This document shows positions 28,638-38,351 of a stretch of DNA of 64,000 nt, in pieces (within the stretch, counting starts at the first letter, position 1; the number at the start of each line of letters is the position of its first letter). This DNA comes from an uncultured Candidatus Saccharibacteria bacterium (GTDB lineage Bacteria; Patescibacteriota; Saccharimonadia; UBA4664; CAZOQX01), in contig CAZOQX010000003.1 of NCBI GenBank assembly GCA_964582465.1, forward strand, positions 1,115 to 65,114, given 5' to 3'. A model generated the notes under the pieces. That model worked only from the letters and a program-made list of their open reading frames with translations. It did not search any database and had not been told where the DNA came from. The position numbers and the translations under genes were made by a program.

Positions 28638-30440
28638 CTAGATTTCGTTAATTACAGGGATGACCATGGGACTGCGACCGGTGCGGTCGTACAGAAACTG
28701 GCCAATATCATCGCGTAGAGATAGTTTAAAGCGATTCCAGTCCACGGGTTGATTGGGATTGCGGCGTGCAAAAATTTTACGCACCTCATTGCGCGCTTCA
28801 GCAATTAACTGCTCGTTTTCCTTCATGTACACAAAGCCGCGGGAAATGATATCGGGGCTGGTCACCAGCTTGCCCGTTTTTTGGTCTACCATCGCAATCA
28901 CCATGAAGATGCCTTCCGAGGCCATGGTCAGCCGGTCGCGTAGCACAATGCCTTCGACATCCCCTACCCCGTTGCCGTCGATCATGATGAGACCGGCCTG
29001 GACGCGCTGGCCCTTGCGCACGCCGCTGGGAGCTATTTCCAGGCTATCACCATTATTCAGCACAAAGATATTCTCGCGCGGGATTTTAGTTTTGGCGGCG
29101 GCAAACTCGGCGTGGTGTACCTGCATGTGAAACTCGCCGTGAATCGGGATGAAATACTTCGGCCGAATCAGCTCGAGCATTTCGGCGAGCTCCTCGCGAT
29201 GAGCGTGGCCGGACACGTGCAGGATGCCACAATCGTCAATGCGCCGGAAGTAATTATGGTAAACTTTGGAGCCTTCGCGCATCAGATTATCCCAAGTCAT
29301 CACCACGGATTTTTCATTACCGGGAATGATGCTTGAGCTCATAATGACGGCGTCGCCTGGCTTAATCTTTACGAATGGGTGGTCACCGGTAGACATGCGC
29401 GTCAGTGCCGAATTAATTTCACCTTGTGAGCCAGTGCAAATAATACACACCTGATTATCCGGCATGTTCACGATATCTTGCATCCGCGTCACAATCCCCC
29501 GCGGAACTTTAAGGTAACCAAGTTTTACAGCCAGCTCCACGTTTGCAAGCATGCTCCGCCCGTTGAACGATACCTTGCGGCCGGTCCTTTCGGCAGCATT
29601 GATGATGAGCTGCACACGGTTAATCTGGCTGGAGAACGAGGAGATAATGATGCGGCCATTCTGACGCTTAAAGAGCTCCTCGAATGTGGGCTGAATCTCC
29701 ATTTCGCTAGGGGTTCGGCCCTCGATCTCGCAAGCCGTCGAGTCGGACATTAGCACCGTTACACCCTCGTCGCCAATTTCTTTAAGGCGAGTTAGGTCGG
29801 TGGGCTTGTTATCGGCTGGTGAAGGGTCAAAACGGAAGTCGCCGGTGTGCACCACGCGCGCAGCCGGAGTATCAATCACCACGGCGCAAGCGTCCGGAAT
29901 GGCATGCGTCACCCGCACCAGCTCAACTTTGAACTGGCCGAGTTGCACCTTCTCGTGCTTATCGGGGTCAACCACGATCAAGCGTGGTTGAGTTTGCAGG
30001 TGGAATTCCACCAACTTCTTTTCAATCATACCGATGGTAAAGCGAGCTCCATAGAGTGGCGCCTGCAATTTGGGCAGAATGTAGGGAATACCACCCATGT
30101 GGTCTTCGTGAGCGTGCGTAATGACGTGCCCACGGATTTTGGCCTTATTTTTCTCTAAATATGTGACATCGGGAATGACGTAATCAATGCCGGGCTGCTC
30201 GTTCGTGGGAAACATAAATCCCATATCGACTACGATAATGTCGTCGCCAAATTCAAAGGCGGTCATGTTCTTGCCGACTTCTCCCAGGCCACCTAGGGGC
30301 ACAATTTTTAGTTTGGGCTCGTGAGTCGGCTGGTTGGCAATCTGGCCACGATGAGCCTTGTTCTCGCCATTAAACTCCGATCGGTTAACCGGGTCAGCTG
30401 GCGGTAAAGGGTTTTTTACGAGCGGCGGTTTACGCTTCAT
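28638..30440 (-). CDS. rnj: Ribonuclease J (metallo-beta-lactamase / beta-CASP)
   Basis: ...HVITHAHEDHMGGIPYILPKL... is the HxHxDH motif. The length and beta-CASP region are typical of RNase J. Confidence 0.85.
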   Translation of the reverse strand: MKRKPPLVKNPLPPADPVNRSEFNGENKAHRGQIANQPTHEPKLKIVPLGGLGEVGKNMTAFEFGDDIIVVDMGFMFPTNEQPGIDYVIPDVTYLEKNKAKIRGHVITHAHEDHMGGIPYILPKLQAPLYGARFTIGMIEKKLVEFHLQTQPRLIVVDPDKHEKVQLGQFKVELVRVTHAIPDACAVVIDTPAARVVHTGDFRFDPSPADNKPTDLTRLKEIGDEGVTVLMSDSTACEIEGRTPSEMEIQPTFEELFKRQNGRIIISSFSSQINRVQLIINAAERTGRKVSFNGRSMLANVELAVKLGYLKVPRGIVTRMQDIVNMPDNQVCIICTGSQGEINSALTRMSTGDHPFVKIKPGDAVIMSSSIIPGNEKSVVMTWDNLMREGSKVYHNYFRRIDDCGILHVSGHAHREELAEMLELIRPKYFIPIHGEFHMQVHHAEFAAAKTKIPRENIFVLNNGDSLEIAPSGVRKGQRVQAGLIMIDGNGVGDVEGIVLRDRLTMASEGIFMVIAMVDQKTGKLVTSPDIISRGFVYMKENEQLIAEARNEVRKIFARRNPNQPVDWNRFKLSLRDDIGQFLYDRTGRSPMVIPVINEI

Positions 30441-31059
30441 GCGATCTTTTGTCCTTGGTTAGGTTAATTTTTGGTTGTTCAACTTTAGTAGAAGCAGCCG
30501 GAATTTGGGCCAGAATTTTGGGAATCTTGGCGAAATCCTCTAGTAGAGTCTGCTTCATCGTGTTGTTATAAAGGGCGACGGCCGGGTGATACAGGGGCAA
30601 ATAAACTTGAGCACCCTTGCGCTTGGGCTGGCCGTGAACCTGGCTAATTTTCAGGTCCGGCAAAAATAAATTCATGGCATGCCGACCGAGCAAAATGATT
30701 AACTTGGGCTGGATAATAGCGACCTGCTGTTCGAGAAAGGGCCAGCAATCACGGATTTCCTCCGGCAAGGGATCGCGATTCCCGGGCGGCCGGTACTTCA
30801 CCACATTGGTAATGTAAACGTCGTCGCGGCCCAGCCCTATAGTTTCAAGCATCTCTGTAAGCAAGCGGCCGGCAGCTCCCACAAACGGTCGTCCCTGCTT
30901 ATCCTCTTCTGCGCCCGGCGCCTCACCGACGAACACCAGCTCCGCGTCGGGATTTCCCTCTCCGGGTACAGCATTGGTGGCCGACTGGCAAAGGGCAGTA
31001 CACACTCTACAGCTTGCAATATCTTGGGCTACTTCGGCCAAAGCCTCAGTTTTACTCAT
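30430..31059 (-). CDS. Uracil-DNA glycosylase, family 4
   Basis: ...CRVCTALCQSATNAVPGEGNPDAELVFVGEAPGAEEDKQGRPFVGAAG... is the family-4 UDG motif A/B with Fe-S cysteines. Confidence 0.75.
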   Translation of the reverse strand: MSKTEALAEVAQDIASCRVCTALCQSATNAVPGEGNPDAELVFVGEAPGAEEDKQGRPFVGAAGRLLTEMLETIGLGRDDVYITNVVKYRPPGNRDPLPEEIRDCWPFLEQQVAIIQPKLIILLGRHAMNLFLPDLKISQVHGQPKRKGAQVYLPLYHPAVALYNNTMKQTLLEDFAKIPKILAQIPAASTKVEQPKINLTKDKRSHEA

Positions 31060-33172
31060 TAGGTTCGCGCGGGAGAATCGCTTTGCGGCTGAAATTCAGC
31101 CGACCCTGCGGATCAACTTCAGTCAATTTAACGTCAATCACGTCGCCCAGTTTTACTACGTCTGTGACTTTTTCGACTCGATTTTGAGCCAGCTGTGAGA
31201 TGTGCACCAGACCCGATAAACCGGTCGGAGTTTCAACAAAGGCACCAAAGTCCATAATGCGGGCGACCTTGGCGCGGTAAACCTTCCCTACCTCAGGATC
31301 TTCCGTAATGTCCTTGATCCAATCGATGGCCTTGCGCGAGGCTTCGGCGTCTGTCGAGGCAATCATCACCAGACCAGTATCTTCGATATCGATCTGCACG
31401 CCAGTTTCAGCAATGATCTTATTAATCATTTCGCCGCCCTTACCGATCACATCTTTAATCTTTTCTGGGCGAATCATTAGCTTCGAAATACGCGGGGCAT
31501 GAGCTGCCACTTCGGCCCGCGGTTTATCAAGGACGGCAAGCATTTTATCGAGAATGTACTTTCGCCCCTCCTTGGCCTGAGCCAAGGCCTGACGCATAAT
31601 GTCGGGCGTGATACCCTTTACTTTAATGTCCATTTGCAGCGCCGTGATACCGAGCTCGGTACCTGCGACTTTAAAGTCCATGTCGCCGGCAAAGTCCTCA
31701 GCACCCTGAATGTCAGATAGAATGACATGCTTCTTACCGTCCGTCACAAGTCCCATAGCAATACCAGAAACCGGCCGCGTTATCGGCACACCGGCGTCCA
31801 TTAGGCTAAGCGTCGAGCCGCAGACACTAGCCATTGAGGTTGAACCATTCGAGCTCAAAATTTCCGTGACAACTCGAATCGTATAAGGAAATTCCTCGAC
31901 TGGCGGGATGACAGTCACAAGCGCACGCTCGGCCAAAGCACCGTGACCAATTTCGCGGCGGCCAGGGCTACGCATAGGGCGCACTTCCCCTACCGAATAG
32001 GGTGGGAAATTGTAATGGTGCATGTAGCGCTTAGAGGTATCTTCTTCCATGGTATCAATCAACTGAGCGTAGCTAGTTGAGGCGAGCGTCGTGATCGTAA
32101 GCGCTTGGGTGCTGCCGCGAGTGAACAGGGCTGACCCATGGGCACGCGGCAAAAGGCCAACGTCAGCACTAATCGGCCGGATCTCACTTGGCTTGCGGCC
32201 GTCGGGCCTGGCATCGTCTTCCAGGATTGCGCGACGAATATCAGCGTCAATCACCTTGGTGAAGGCCTCACGCACTGGCACCTCATCGTCGTCCTGCTGG
32301 ACGAACTTCGCCACCACGTCACTCTCAAGATTTCTAATGGCGTCGTGACGCAAATATTGATTCTCGTGCCGAATTGCCGCACCAAGACGGCCTTTCAGGA
32401 AGGCTTCGATTTTTTCAACTAGCGGCTTTTCGGGTACGTGCAGGTCAAATTCTTTAGGAGTAACACCAATTTCCTTGGCAATGCGCAGCTGTAGTTCGAT
32501 TACCGGTTGAATCGATTTATGCGCCAGTTCAATCGCTGCAATCATCGTAGCCTCATCAACTTCGTTCGCGCCAGCTTCCACCATCATGATGGCATCTTTG
32601 GTGCCAGCCACGGTCAAATCCAGTTTGCTTGCGAGCATCTCAGCCGTAGTCGGATAAGCCACCAGCTCACCATTAGCCTCGCCGATCTGTACACCAGCTA
32701 CTGGACCCTCAAACGGCGCGCCAGAGAGCATCAGGGCCGAGGAGACGGCAATCATGCCAATGATGTCGGCGCTATAAACCAGGTCGGCCGACAGTACTGT
32801 CGCAATACCTTGCACGTCATTCCGAAATCCCTTGGGGAAGAGTGGTCGGATTGGTCGATCAATTAAGCGGGCGGCTAGCGTAGCGTTTTCGCTGGCACGA
32901 CCCTCCCTTTTAATAAATCGGCTACCAGAAATTTTACCGCTTGCATACATCCGCTCCTCGTAATCGATTAAGAGTGGAAAAAAATCAATATCGGGACGCG
33001 GCGACCGGCTAACCACTGCCGTTCCCAGTACGATCGTGTCGCCATAACGCACCAGCACCGCTCCGTCGGCCAAAAAAGCCGCGCGGCCGGTCTCGATGGT
33101 GAGTTTGCGGCCACAAAATTCGGTCTCAAACTGCACTGTTTTACCACCAAAAGGGTGGATGATGTCTGACAT
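31052..33172 (-). CDS. pnp: Polyribonucleotide nucleotidyltransferase (PNPase)
   Basis: 706 aa with two RNase PH domains, KH and S1. ...RAHGSALFTRGSTQAL... and the S1 domain are at the C-terminus. Confidence 0.95.
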   Translation of the reverse strand: MSDIIHPFGGKTVQFETEFCGRKLTIETGRAAFLADGAVLVRYGDTIVLGTAVVSRSPRPDIDFFPLLIDYEERMYASGKISGSRFIKREGRASENATLAARLIDRPIRPLFPKGFRNDVQGIATVLSADLVYSADIIGMIAVSSALMLSGAPFEGPVAGVQIGEANGELVAYPTTAEMLASKLDLTVAGTKDAIMMVEAGANEVDEATMIAAIELAHKSIQPVIELQLRIAKEIGVTPKEFDLHVPEKPLVEKIEAFLKGRLGAAIRHENQYLRHDAIRNLESDVVAKFVQQDDDEVPVREAFTKVIDADIRRAILEDDARPDGRKPSEIRPISADVGLLPRAHGSALFTRGSTQALTITTLASTSYAQLIDTMEEDTSKRYMHHYNFPPYSVGEVRPMRSPGRREIGHGALAERALVTVIPPVEEFPYTIRVVTEILSSNGSTSMASVCGSTLSLMDAGVPITRPVSGIAMGLVTDGKKHVILSDIQGAEDFAGDMDFKVAGTELGITALQMDIKVKGITPDIMRQALAQAKEGRKYILDKMLAVLDKPRAEVAAHAPRISKLMIRPEKIKDVIGKGGEMINKIIAETGVQIDIEDTGLVMIASTDAEASRKAIDWIKDITEDPEVGKVYRAKVARIMDFGAFVETPTGLSGLVHISQLAQNRVEKVTDVVKLGDVIDVKLTEVDPQGRLNFSRKAILPREPNE

Positions 33173-33284
33173 ATGTCTCCTACTTCCAGGTAAGTGTCGG
33201 GGCTATTCGATTAAAACTTAATCGGGCAGCTCCACCACTTACCCCGTTATTTAGTTGTTTAACCTACATTATCGGTTTCTAGCA

Positions 33285-33551
33285 CTATCGCCTCAAATCG
33301 AGCTTCTTAATAATGGCATTATAGCGCTCGGGCTCGGTCTTACTCAAGTAATCGAGCAGGCGGCGGCGTTTGCTCACCATCATGAGGAGTCCGCGGCGGG
33401 AGTGATTATCTTTTTTGTGAGTCTGCAAATGACCCGTCAGCTGACGAATTTTCTCGGTAAAAATACCGACCTGGACCTCTGGAGAACCAGTGTCCTTCTT
33501 GTGAGTCGCAAGCGTCCCAATAATTTTAGATTTTGTCTCAGTGTCTAACAT
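33285..33551 (-). CDS. rpsO: 30S ribosomal protein S15
   Basis: ...[49 protein letters not shown]... Confidence 0.9.
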   Translation of the reverse strand: MLDTETKSKIIGTLATHKKDTGSPEVQVGIFTEKIRQLTGHLQTHKKDNHSRRGLLMMVSKRRRLLDYLSKTEPERYNAIIKKLDLRR

Positions 33552-33593
33552 CAGCTTGGGGTATGTTATCAGATCAAAATCGATTTTACAAGA

Positions 33594-34250
33594 TTAGACA
33601 AGCAAAAAGTCCGGATGAGCCTGAATGGCACTTAAGGCGGCAGCAGATTCGAGTTTAATATCCCCAATCGAAGTCCGGACAAGCCCACTCAAATAGGCTC
33701 CGGCGCTGAGTTTTTCGCCCAGATCACGGGCCAAACTCCGGATGTAAGTGCCACTGGACACCCGCACTACGAACCTCACCTTCGGATAGATGTAGCCAAG
33801 TAATTTGGCCGAGTGAATAGTGACTTCTCTCGGTTCAATTGTCACATCCTGACCGGCTCGGGCAGACTTGTAAGCGCGCCGGCCTCCCACTTTGATAGCC
33901 GAAAACTGCGGTGGGGTTTGCGTAATCCGGCCAACGAACGAATACAAGGCTTGCTCAATTTCCTTCTTAGTTGGTTGGGCCGTTGAAACTGCAGTCTTTT
34001 CGCCCTCGTTATCGTCCGTTGTGCTCGTTTCGCCCAACGTAATTTCCGCCACATAGGTTTTATCGAGTTTGGAAAATTCGGCGGCCCGTTTGGTAGCGGC
34101 ACCAAAGAGCATGATCATCAGTCCCGACGCCAGGGGATCAAGTGTGCCGGCGTGACCAATTTTGCGCTCTCCGGTTACCCTTCTAAGCTCACGAACGCAA
34201 TCAAACGAGCTGATGCCCACCGGTTTATCAATTAAAAGAACGCCGTTCAT
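33594..34250 (-). CDS. truB: tRNA pseudouridine(55) synthase TruB
   Basis: MNGVLLIDKPVGISSFDCVRELRRVTGERKIGHAGTLDPLASGLM... has the catalytic D in the TLDP motif. Confidence 0.85.
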   Translation of the reverse strand: MNGVLLIDKPVGISSFDCVRELRRVTGERKIGHAGTLDPLASGLMIMLFGAATKRAAEFSKLDKTYVAEITLGETSTTDDNEGEKTAVSTAQPTKKEIEQALYSFVGRITQTPPQFSAIKVGGRRAYKSARAGQDVTIEPREVTIHSAKLLGYIYPKVRFVVRVSSGTYIRSLARDLGEKLSAGAYLSGLVRTSIGDIKLESAAALSAIQAHPDFLLV

Positions 34251-35257
34251 TTGTTGGTGTCACTGGATCCGCCTGTCTCTTTGTCAGACTCTTGTTCTGG
34301 CCTAGCCTTGGTCTCGGGTTTAGGCTGCTCGCTCCTTGTGTCGCGGCGCTTATCCCGTGAGTCACGCTTCCCTCTGTCGTGGCGGCGTTCGCGGTCGTGA
34401 TCTCCGCCGCTACGATACAGGTTTTGAATTACTGTTTGTTGCTTGGCGCCGGCAGCGATCATTTGCGCTGCCACGGTGAGGGCTTTCGCCGATGTGTGCG
34501 TGGCGGTAAAACGATCCGTGCTGGCGACAATTCCAGTTAAGAGCACGGTTGCGATCGGCTCATCAATCACGCCCTGCTGCAAAGATTCGGCAATTGAAAC
34601 CAAAATCTCGCATAGGCTGGCAGCGTACGGATCAATCATGTTAACGCCGCCGTAATTATCGTTTGTGCGGTGAAAATCCAGGTTAATAATTGGTACTTCG
34701 GCGAGCTGGGGGTGGCTCGATACAACTTTGTCTACCCTAGCCTTCGTCGGCACGCCAAGCACGATGACCACATCAAAATTAGGCAAATCGGAACTGGCTA
34801 CTTCCGGTGCACTGACCGTCTCGACTTCCGCCGGCGCCTCGGCCGACACGTGGCGAAAGTGCACATCGCTTGCAGTTAATTTATCCGTGGGCGTGAGGAA
34901 AATACTCAGTTTGCCGTCGGTGACACTGTAACGTAGCTTGTCTACCTTGGCTTTTTCAATTTCAACCACTAAGTCGCCGCCTTCCGTTTTGGGGGCCGGC
35001 GCTGAAGCAGGTTTAGCTACCTTAGTCTCGCCAAAACCGCTTGTAAGCTGATCAACGGGCAGAAAGCTAACCGACTTTGGCAGCTGGTCCGAGATCACGC
35101 CATACACCTTCTTGCCCAATTTCTTCAAAATTAAAGTGAGCCCTAGGACTGCCGCGACCTGATCGACGCTAGGAAATTGCCCGCTCGTAATAAGTATGGT
35201 TTCAGCTTCGCCAATAGCCTGCGAGGCTTGTTGTTTAGGTGTTAAATCTGAATTCAT
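34247..35257 (-). CDS. DHH-family phosphoesterase-like protein (NrnA-like position upstream of truB) with a basic C-terminal tail
   Basis: 336 aa. The N-terminal ...ILITSGQFPSVDQVAAVLGLTLIL... resembles a DHH domain and a DHHA1-like C-terminal region follows. The tail is highly R/K/D/E-rich. Confidence 0.45.
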   Translation of the reverse strand: MNSDLTPKQQASQAIGEAETILITSGQFPSVDQVAAVLGLTLILKKLGKKVYGVISDQLPKSVSFLPVDQLTSGFGETKVAKPASAPAPKTEGGDLVVEIEKAKVDKLRYSVTDGKLSIFLTPTDKLTASDVHFRHVSAEAPAEVETVSAPEVASSDLPNFDVVIVLGVPTKARVDKVVSSHPQLAEVPIINLDFHRTNDNYGGVNMIDPYAASLCEILVSIAESLQQGVIDEPIATVLLTGIVASTDRFTATHTSAKALTVAAQMIAAGAKQQTVIQNLYRSGGDHDRERRHDRGKRDSRDKRRDTRSEQPKPETKARPEQESDKETGGSSDTNK

Positions 35258-35400
35258 AACTTCATTATACCTTCGGATAAGAGTAGTTGGCGTAAAAGTT
35301 GTCTCCTATCATACCATAAGAATAATATTCAGTCAAGAGCAGTAGAAAGAACCTCCGAGGGGCCGCGGCTAGCAGCCCCCCGGAACATGCGATTCGATCG

Positions 35401-35640
35401 CTAGGTGAGTGGGTTGGGTTTCTCGAAGTTAACTCCCTTCGCGGCCCCCACCGAAAAGATGGCCACCCAGAGAAGGCCAAGCGCCAGGGCTGCGATGCCG
35501 ACCCACTTGGGGCCCCAGCCGAAGGTGGCGGCCACAACCCCAGCGACCATCAGAATCGTCAACCACGTGAACCAGCGGCGCCAGCGGCGATCGCGCTCCT
35601 CGTTTCGCCCCATCTCGTCATAGATCTTCCCGTTCAGCAT
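35401..35640 (-). CDS. Small two-TM membrane protein in a high-GC islet (likely start MLNGKIYDE...)
   Basis: AGGGGGAGG Shine-Dalgarno 5 nt before the ATG. Two hydrophobic helices (WFTWLTILMVAGVVAATFGW; IAALALGLLWVAIFSV). G+C is visibly elevated. Confidence 0.4.
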   Translation of the reverse strand: MLNGKIYDEMGRNEERDRRWRRWFTWLTILMVAGVVAATFGWGPKWVGIAALALGLLWVAIFSVGAAKGVNFEKPNPLT

Positions 35641-35742
35641 GGCCTCCCCCTTCGAAAGCGTCGATACGAGTAGCATCATTCTACACCTTTACAGCCAAGT
35701 TGAAATCCGTTATAGTCAATCTTCGATAATCCGAGGTTCGAA

Positions 35743-36153
35743 GTGCCCATTATAAAATCCGCTATCAAGCGCGCTCGCCAGCAAGTTAAACGCCGCGAGC
35801 ATAATGTTGAGATCAAGAAGGCCATCAAGCTAGATGTGAAGGCCTTGGCGGCGGCTGTGGAGAGCAAAAATAGCGCCAAAGTGACCGAAACCTTGCGGGC
35901 AACGATCTCAGAAATTGATCGCGCTGCCAAAAAAGGACTAATCCACAAGAATACGGCCAGCCGACGCAAGTCCCGCCTGACCTTACTCGCAAATCAAGTC
36001 GCAAAACCGACCCGTTCAGCCAAGAGCAAGCCGACTAAGCCCGCTGCAAAAGCTGTCGCCAAAACCACTCCTAAAACCACCCCTCAAAAGACCACTGCAA
36101 AGCCTAAGGCCACAGCCAAGGCCAAGCCCAAAGCCAGTGGCCAGGCCAAGTAA
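35743..36153 (+). CDS. rpsT: 30S ribosomal protein S20 with a Lys/Ala/Pro/Thr-rich C-terminal extension
   Basis: MPIIKSAIKRARQQVKRREHNVEIKKAIK... is canonical S20. The last ~50 aa are ...AKSKPTKPAAKAVAKTTPKTTPQKTTAKPKATAKAKPKASGQAK. Confidence 0.8.
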   Translation: MPIIKSAIKRARQQVKRREHNVEIKKAIKLDVKALAAAVESKNSAKVTETLRATISEIDRAAKKGLIHKNTASRRKSRLTLLANQVAKPTRSAKSKPTKPAAKAVAKTTPKTTPQKTTAKPKATAKAKPKASGQAK

Positions 36154-36343
36154 GCCCGAAGATACCCCCAGCGGGCGTTATTTGCAGCTCTGCCAAGAGC
36201 TAATCGACCGTGTCGGTGCAATGCGTAATTTTGGCATGCGGAAGCACGATGTGTGGCTGGCCAAGGGCGAACTAAATCGAATCGTCGAGCTGACGGGCGA
36301 GCTACAAGCCCTCCTCGAAGAAATCAAAACGACCGACACCTAG
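36137..36343 (+). CDS. Hypothetical small protein (68 aa), possibly spurious
   Basis: The ORF overlaps the rpsT 3' end and runs to the holA stop. No RBS or motif. Confidence 0.2.
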   Translation: MARPSKPEDTPSGRYLQLCQELIDRVGAMRNFGMRKHDVWLAKGELNRIVELTGELQALLEEIKTTDT

Positions 36344-37275
36344 GCCGTTATGCCAGTCGCAATCTTATTAATCAGCTGCTCTACCAGTAAACTCGGCTCA
36401 CCCTGCCCGGTTTTGATAGCGTAATTCGTTTGTAGCGCCGCCAAAAAGGCCTGTCTAAGCACGGCCTCATTAATACTTTCCTGTCTGGACAGCGCCTTCG
36501 CCGCCACGTACGGTGACATGCCGGCTGATTTCGCGAGTTCACCAGGAGATATGCGGCCAGCGGCCTTAGCGAGAATCAAGTTCCTAAGCTGCCACGTCAC
36601 CATGCTTAAAACATAAATTTCTTCCGTGCGCTCGGCGAGCAGGCGCCGGTAAAGTTGCAGTGCCTCCCCCACCTTGCCGTTCGTCATCGCGTCCACCAGG
36701 TCAAAAATAGTTTGTTGAAAACCCGGCTCCACCATTTGCCGCACCGCGTCTACAGTAATCACGTTTTGGAAGTTAACCAATTTTAAAATCTCTTGGTGCA
36801 GGCGCCACTGATCATCCCCCGCCCGCTCAATTAGTTGGTCTACGGCCGCGGGCTCGATCTCACCACCTAAGCGCCTAGCCTCATCAGTCACCCATTTCTT
36901 CAAATGCGAGCCCGCCAAAAGTTCAAATTTGAAGGTTTGAGCCCGTTTTTTTAAATCCTTGAAGTAAATCGTCCGCTCGTCCACGGCTCGCTCAAAGAAT
37001 AAGGCCACGGTCGAATCGGGAATCTTATCGAGCAAGTTCAAAGCTTCCTTGGCTACATTCTTATTTACCCCCAGGTTCTCGATGATCACAAGGCGGCTAC
37101 CGGCCAGGAATGGCACGGCTTGCAGGGCCGACTCCAAACTTTTAAGATCAATTGTTTCGCCATTTATCCGTTCGATGCCAAAGTCGTTGCCGTTTTTCTT
37201 AATATATTGATCGACCAATTCACCGACTTTGCGGCGACCAGCAAAAATATTCGGCCCATAGAAAAATAGGATCAT
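36340..37275 (-). CDS. holA: DNA polymerase III delta subunit
   Basis: MILFFYGPNIFAGRRKV... is an AAA+-like delta fold. It is 311 aa and sits in a typical position. Confidence 0.7.
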   Translation of the reverse strand: MILFFYGPNIFAGRRKVGELVDQYIKKNGNDFGIERINGETIDLKSLESALQAVPFLAGSRLVIIENLGVNKNVAKEALNLLDKIPDSTVALFFERAVDERTIYFKDLKKRAQTFKFELLAGSHLKKWVTDEARRLGGEIEPAAVDQLIERAGDDQWRLHQEILKLVNFQNVITVDAVRQMVEPGFQQTIFDLVDAMTNGKVGEALQLYRRLLAERTEEIYVLSMVTWQLRNLILAKAAGRISPGELAKSAGMSPYVAAKALSRQESINEAVLRQAFLAALQTNYAIKTGQGEPSLLVEQLINKIATGITA

Positions 37276-37820
37276 TGCGAATTATCCAAAAGTTTAATTA
37301 CCTCGGCATTGGGAATAACGTCTAGCCTAACGATGTCAGAAGCAGGCAATCCTCTGCTCGTAATCTGCATCATGCGGCCAATTCCATTACTCGACACCAC
37401 CAGTACACTTCTTTTTTTGTGCTTAAGCTTTTCGACCATCCTGATAGCTCTTTCATAAAGCTGAGATCGAGTTTCAATTCCAGGGACATTGTCGGGGGCG
37501 CCAGCAAGGCTCTTGGCTTGCTGCAATAAATCCAACGATCTACCCGTTAGCTCACCCATGTTGCGCTCTTTCAACTCATCGTCTAGTTCAATTTTATCCA
37601 TGGGGTAACCAATCACTTCAGCTACTACCTCAGCTGTTTGCCGAACGCGCTTGGAGGGCGCCGAAATAATCTTGTCTATCTTCAATCCGCGAGCCTTTTC
37701 ACCAGCCTGACGGGCCTGTTCGAATCCAAGCTCAGTCAATTCATCGTTGAGCTCACCTTGGCCCACGATTACTCGTTTTAAATTCCCTAAGCTTTGGCCA
37801 TGTCGCAAAAAGTAGATCAT
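37272..37820 (-). CDS. Histidine phosphatase family protein (phosphoglycerate mutase-like)
   Basis: MIYFLRHGQSLGNLKRVIVGQ... is the RHG catalytic motif. Confidence 0.7.
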   Translation of the reverse strand: MIYFLRHGQSLGNLKRVIVGQGELNDELTELGFEQARQAGEKARGLKIDKIISAPSKRVRQTAEVVAEVIGYPMDKIELDDELKERNMGELTGRSLDLLQQAKSLAGAPDNVPGIETRSQLYERAIRMVEKLKHKKRSVLVVSSNGIGRMMQITSRGLPASDIVRLDVIPNAEVIKLLDNSQ

Positions 37821-37903
37821 TGCTTTAGTTTAGCAGCCCGAGACTTCAAAATTTGAGGGCTCAGGCCGGAGCGCTCTCGCGTCCGGGTCGAACACGTGAA
37901 CGC

Positions 37904-38288
37904 TCATGCAGGGAATGGTTCGGGCTCCGGGGCTGGATCCAGGAACACGAACTTCGCGATGTCGGAAAGGGCGAAGTAGTAGGTGTCACCGGAGCACTTG
38001 ATGCACCACACGGCCTCGGCCTTCCTGCGATCGGGCAGAACACGCTCCTCGAATCTTCCACCCAGCTGGCCCACACGTGAGCGCGGTCCAGTGGAATCGG
38101 GCTCCATGAATTGATCACGGCTCTCCTGGAACCACGGCCGGTCCATGAAGAGCTCAACCCTAATTCGTAGGGAGCTTGAGAAGACCTCCCGGTGGAACTC
38201 GGCCAGGATCTTGGTCGTCGCCTCTTGGCCGGCTAGAGCAGCGTAGTAAGCCCGCACGGTCTGGAGGTACGTCTCGCCACTATCCATT
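37904..38288 (-). CDS. Hypothetical protein in a high-GC islet (start chosen at MDSGETYLQ...)
   Basis: The track ORF 37904-38467 would overlap fpg by 116 nt. The internal Met removes the overlap. GC-rich, with no motif. Confidence 0.35.
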
Positions 38289-38351
38289 TCTTCCTCCCGC
38301 TCCAGGATAAGGTCATTCTCCGGCCTATTCAGGTTCGGCGCAAGCTTAAGG

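Noticed and set aside
35265-35537. Minus-strand ORF 35265-35537 (90 aa) and plus-strand ORF 35405-35623
   Set aside because: They overlap the better-supported two-TM micro-protein gene (35401-35640), which has a strong SD site.
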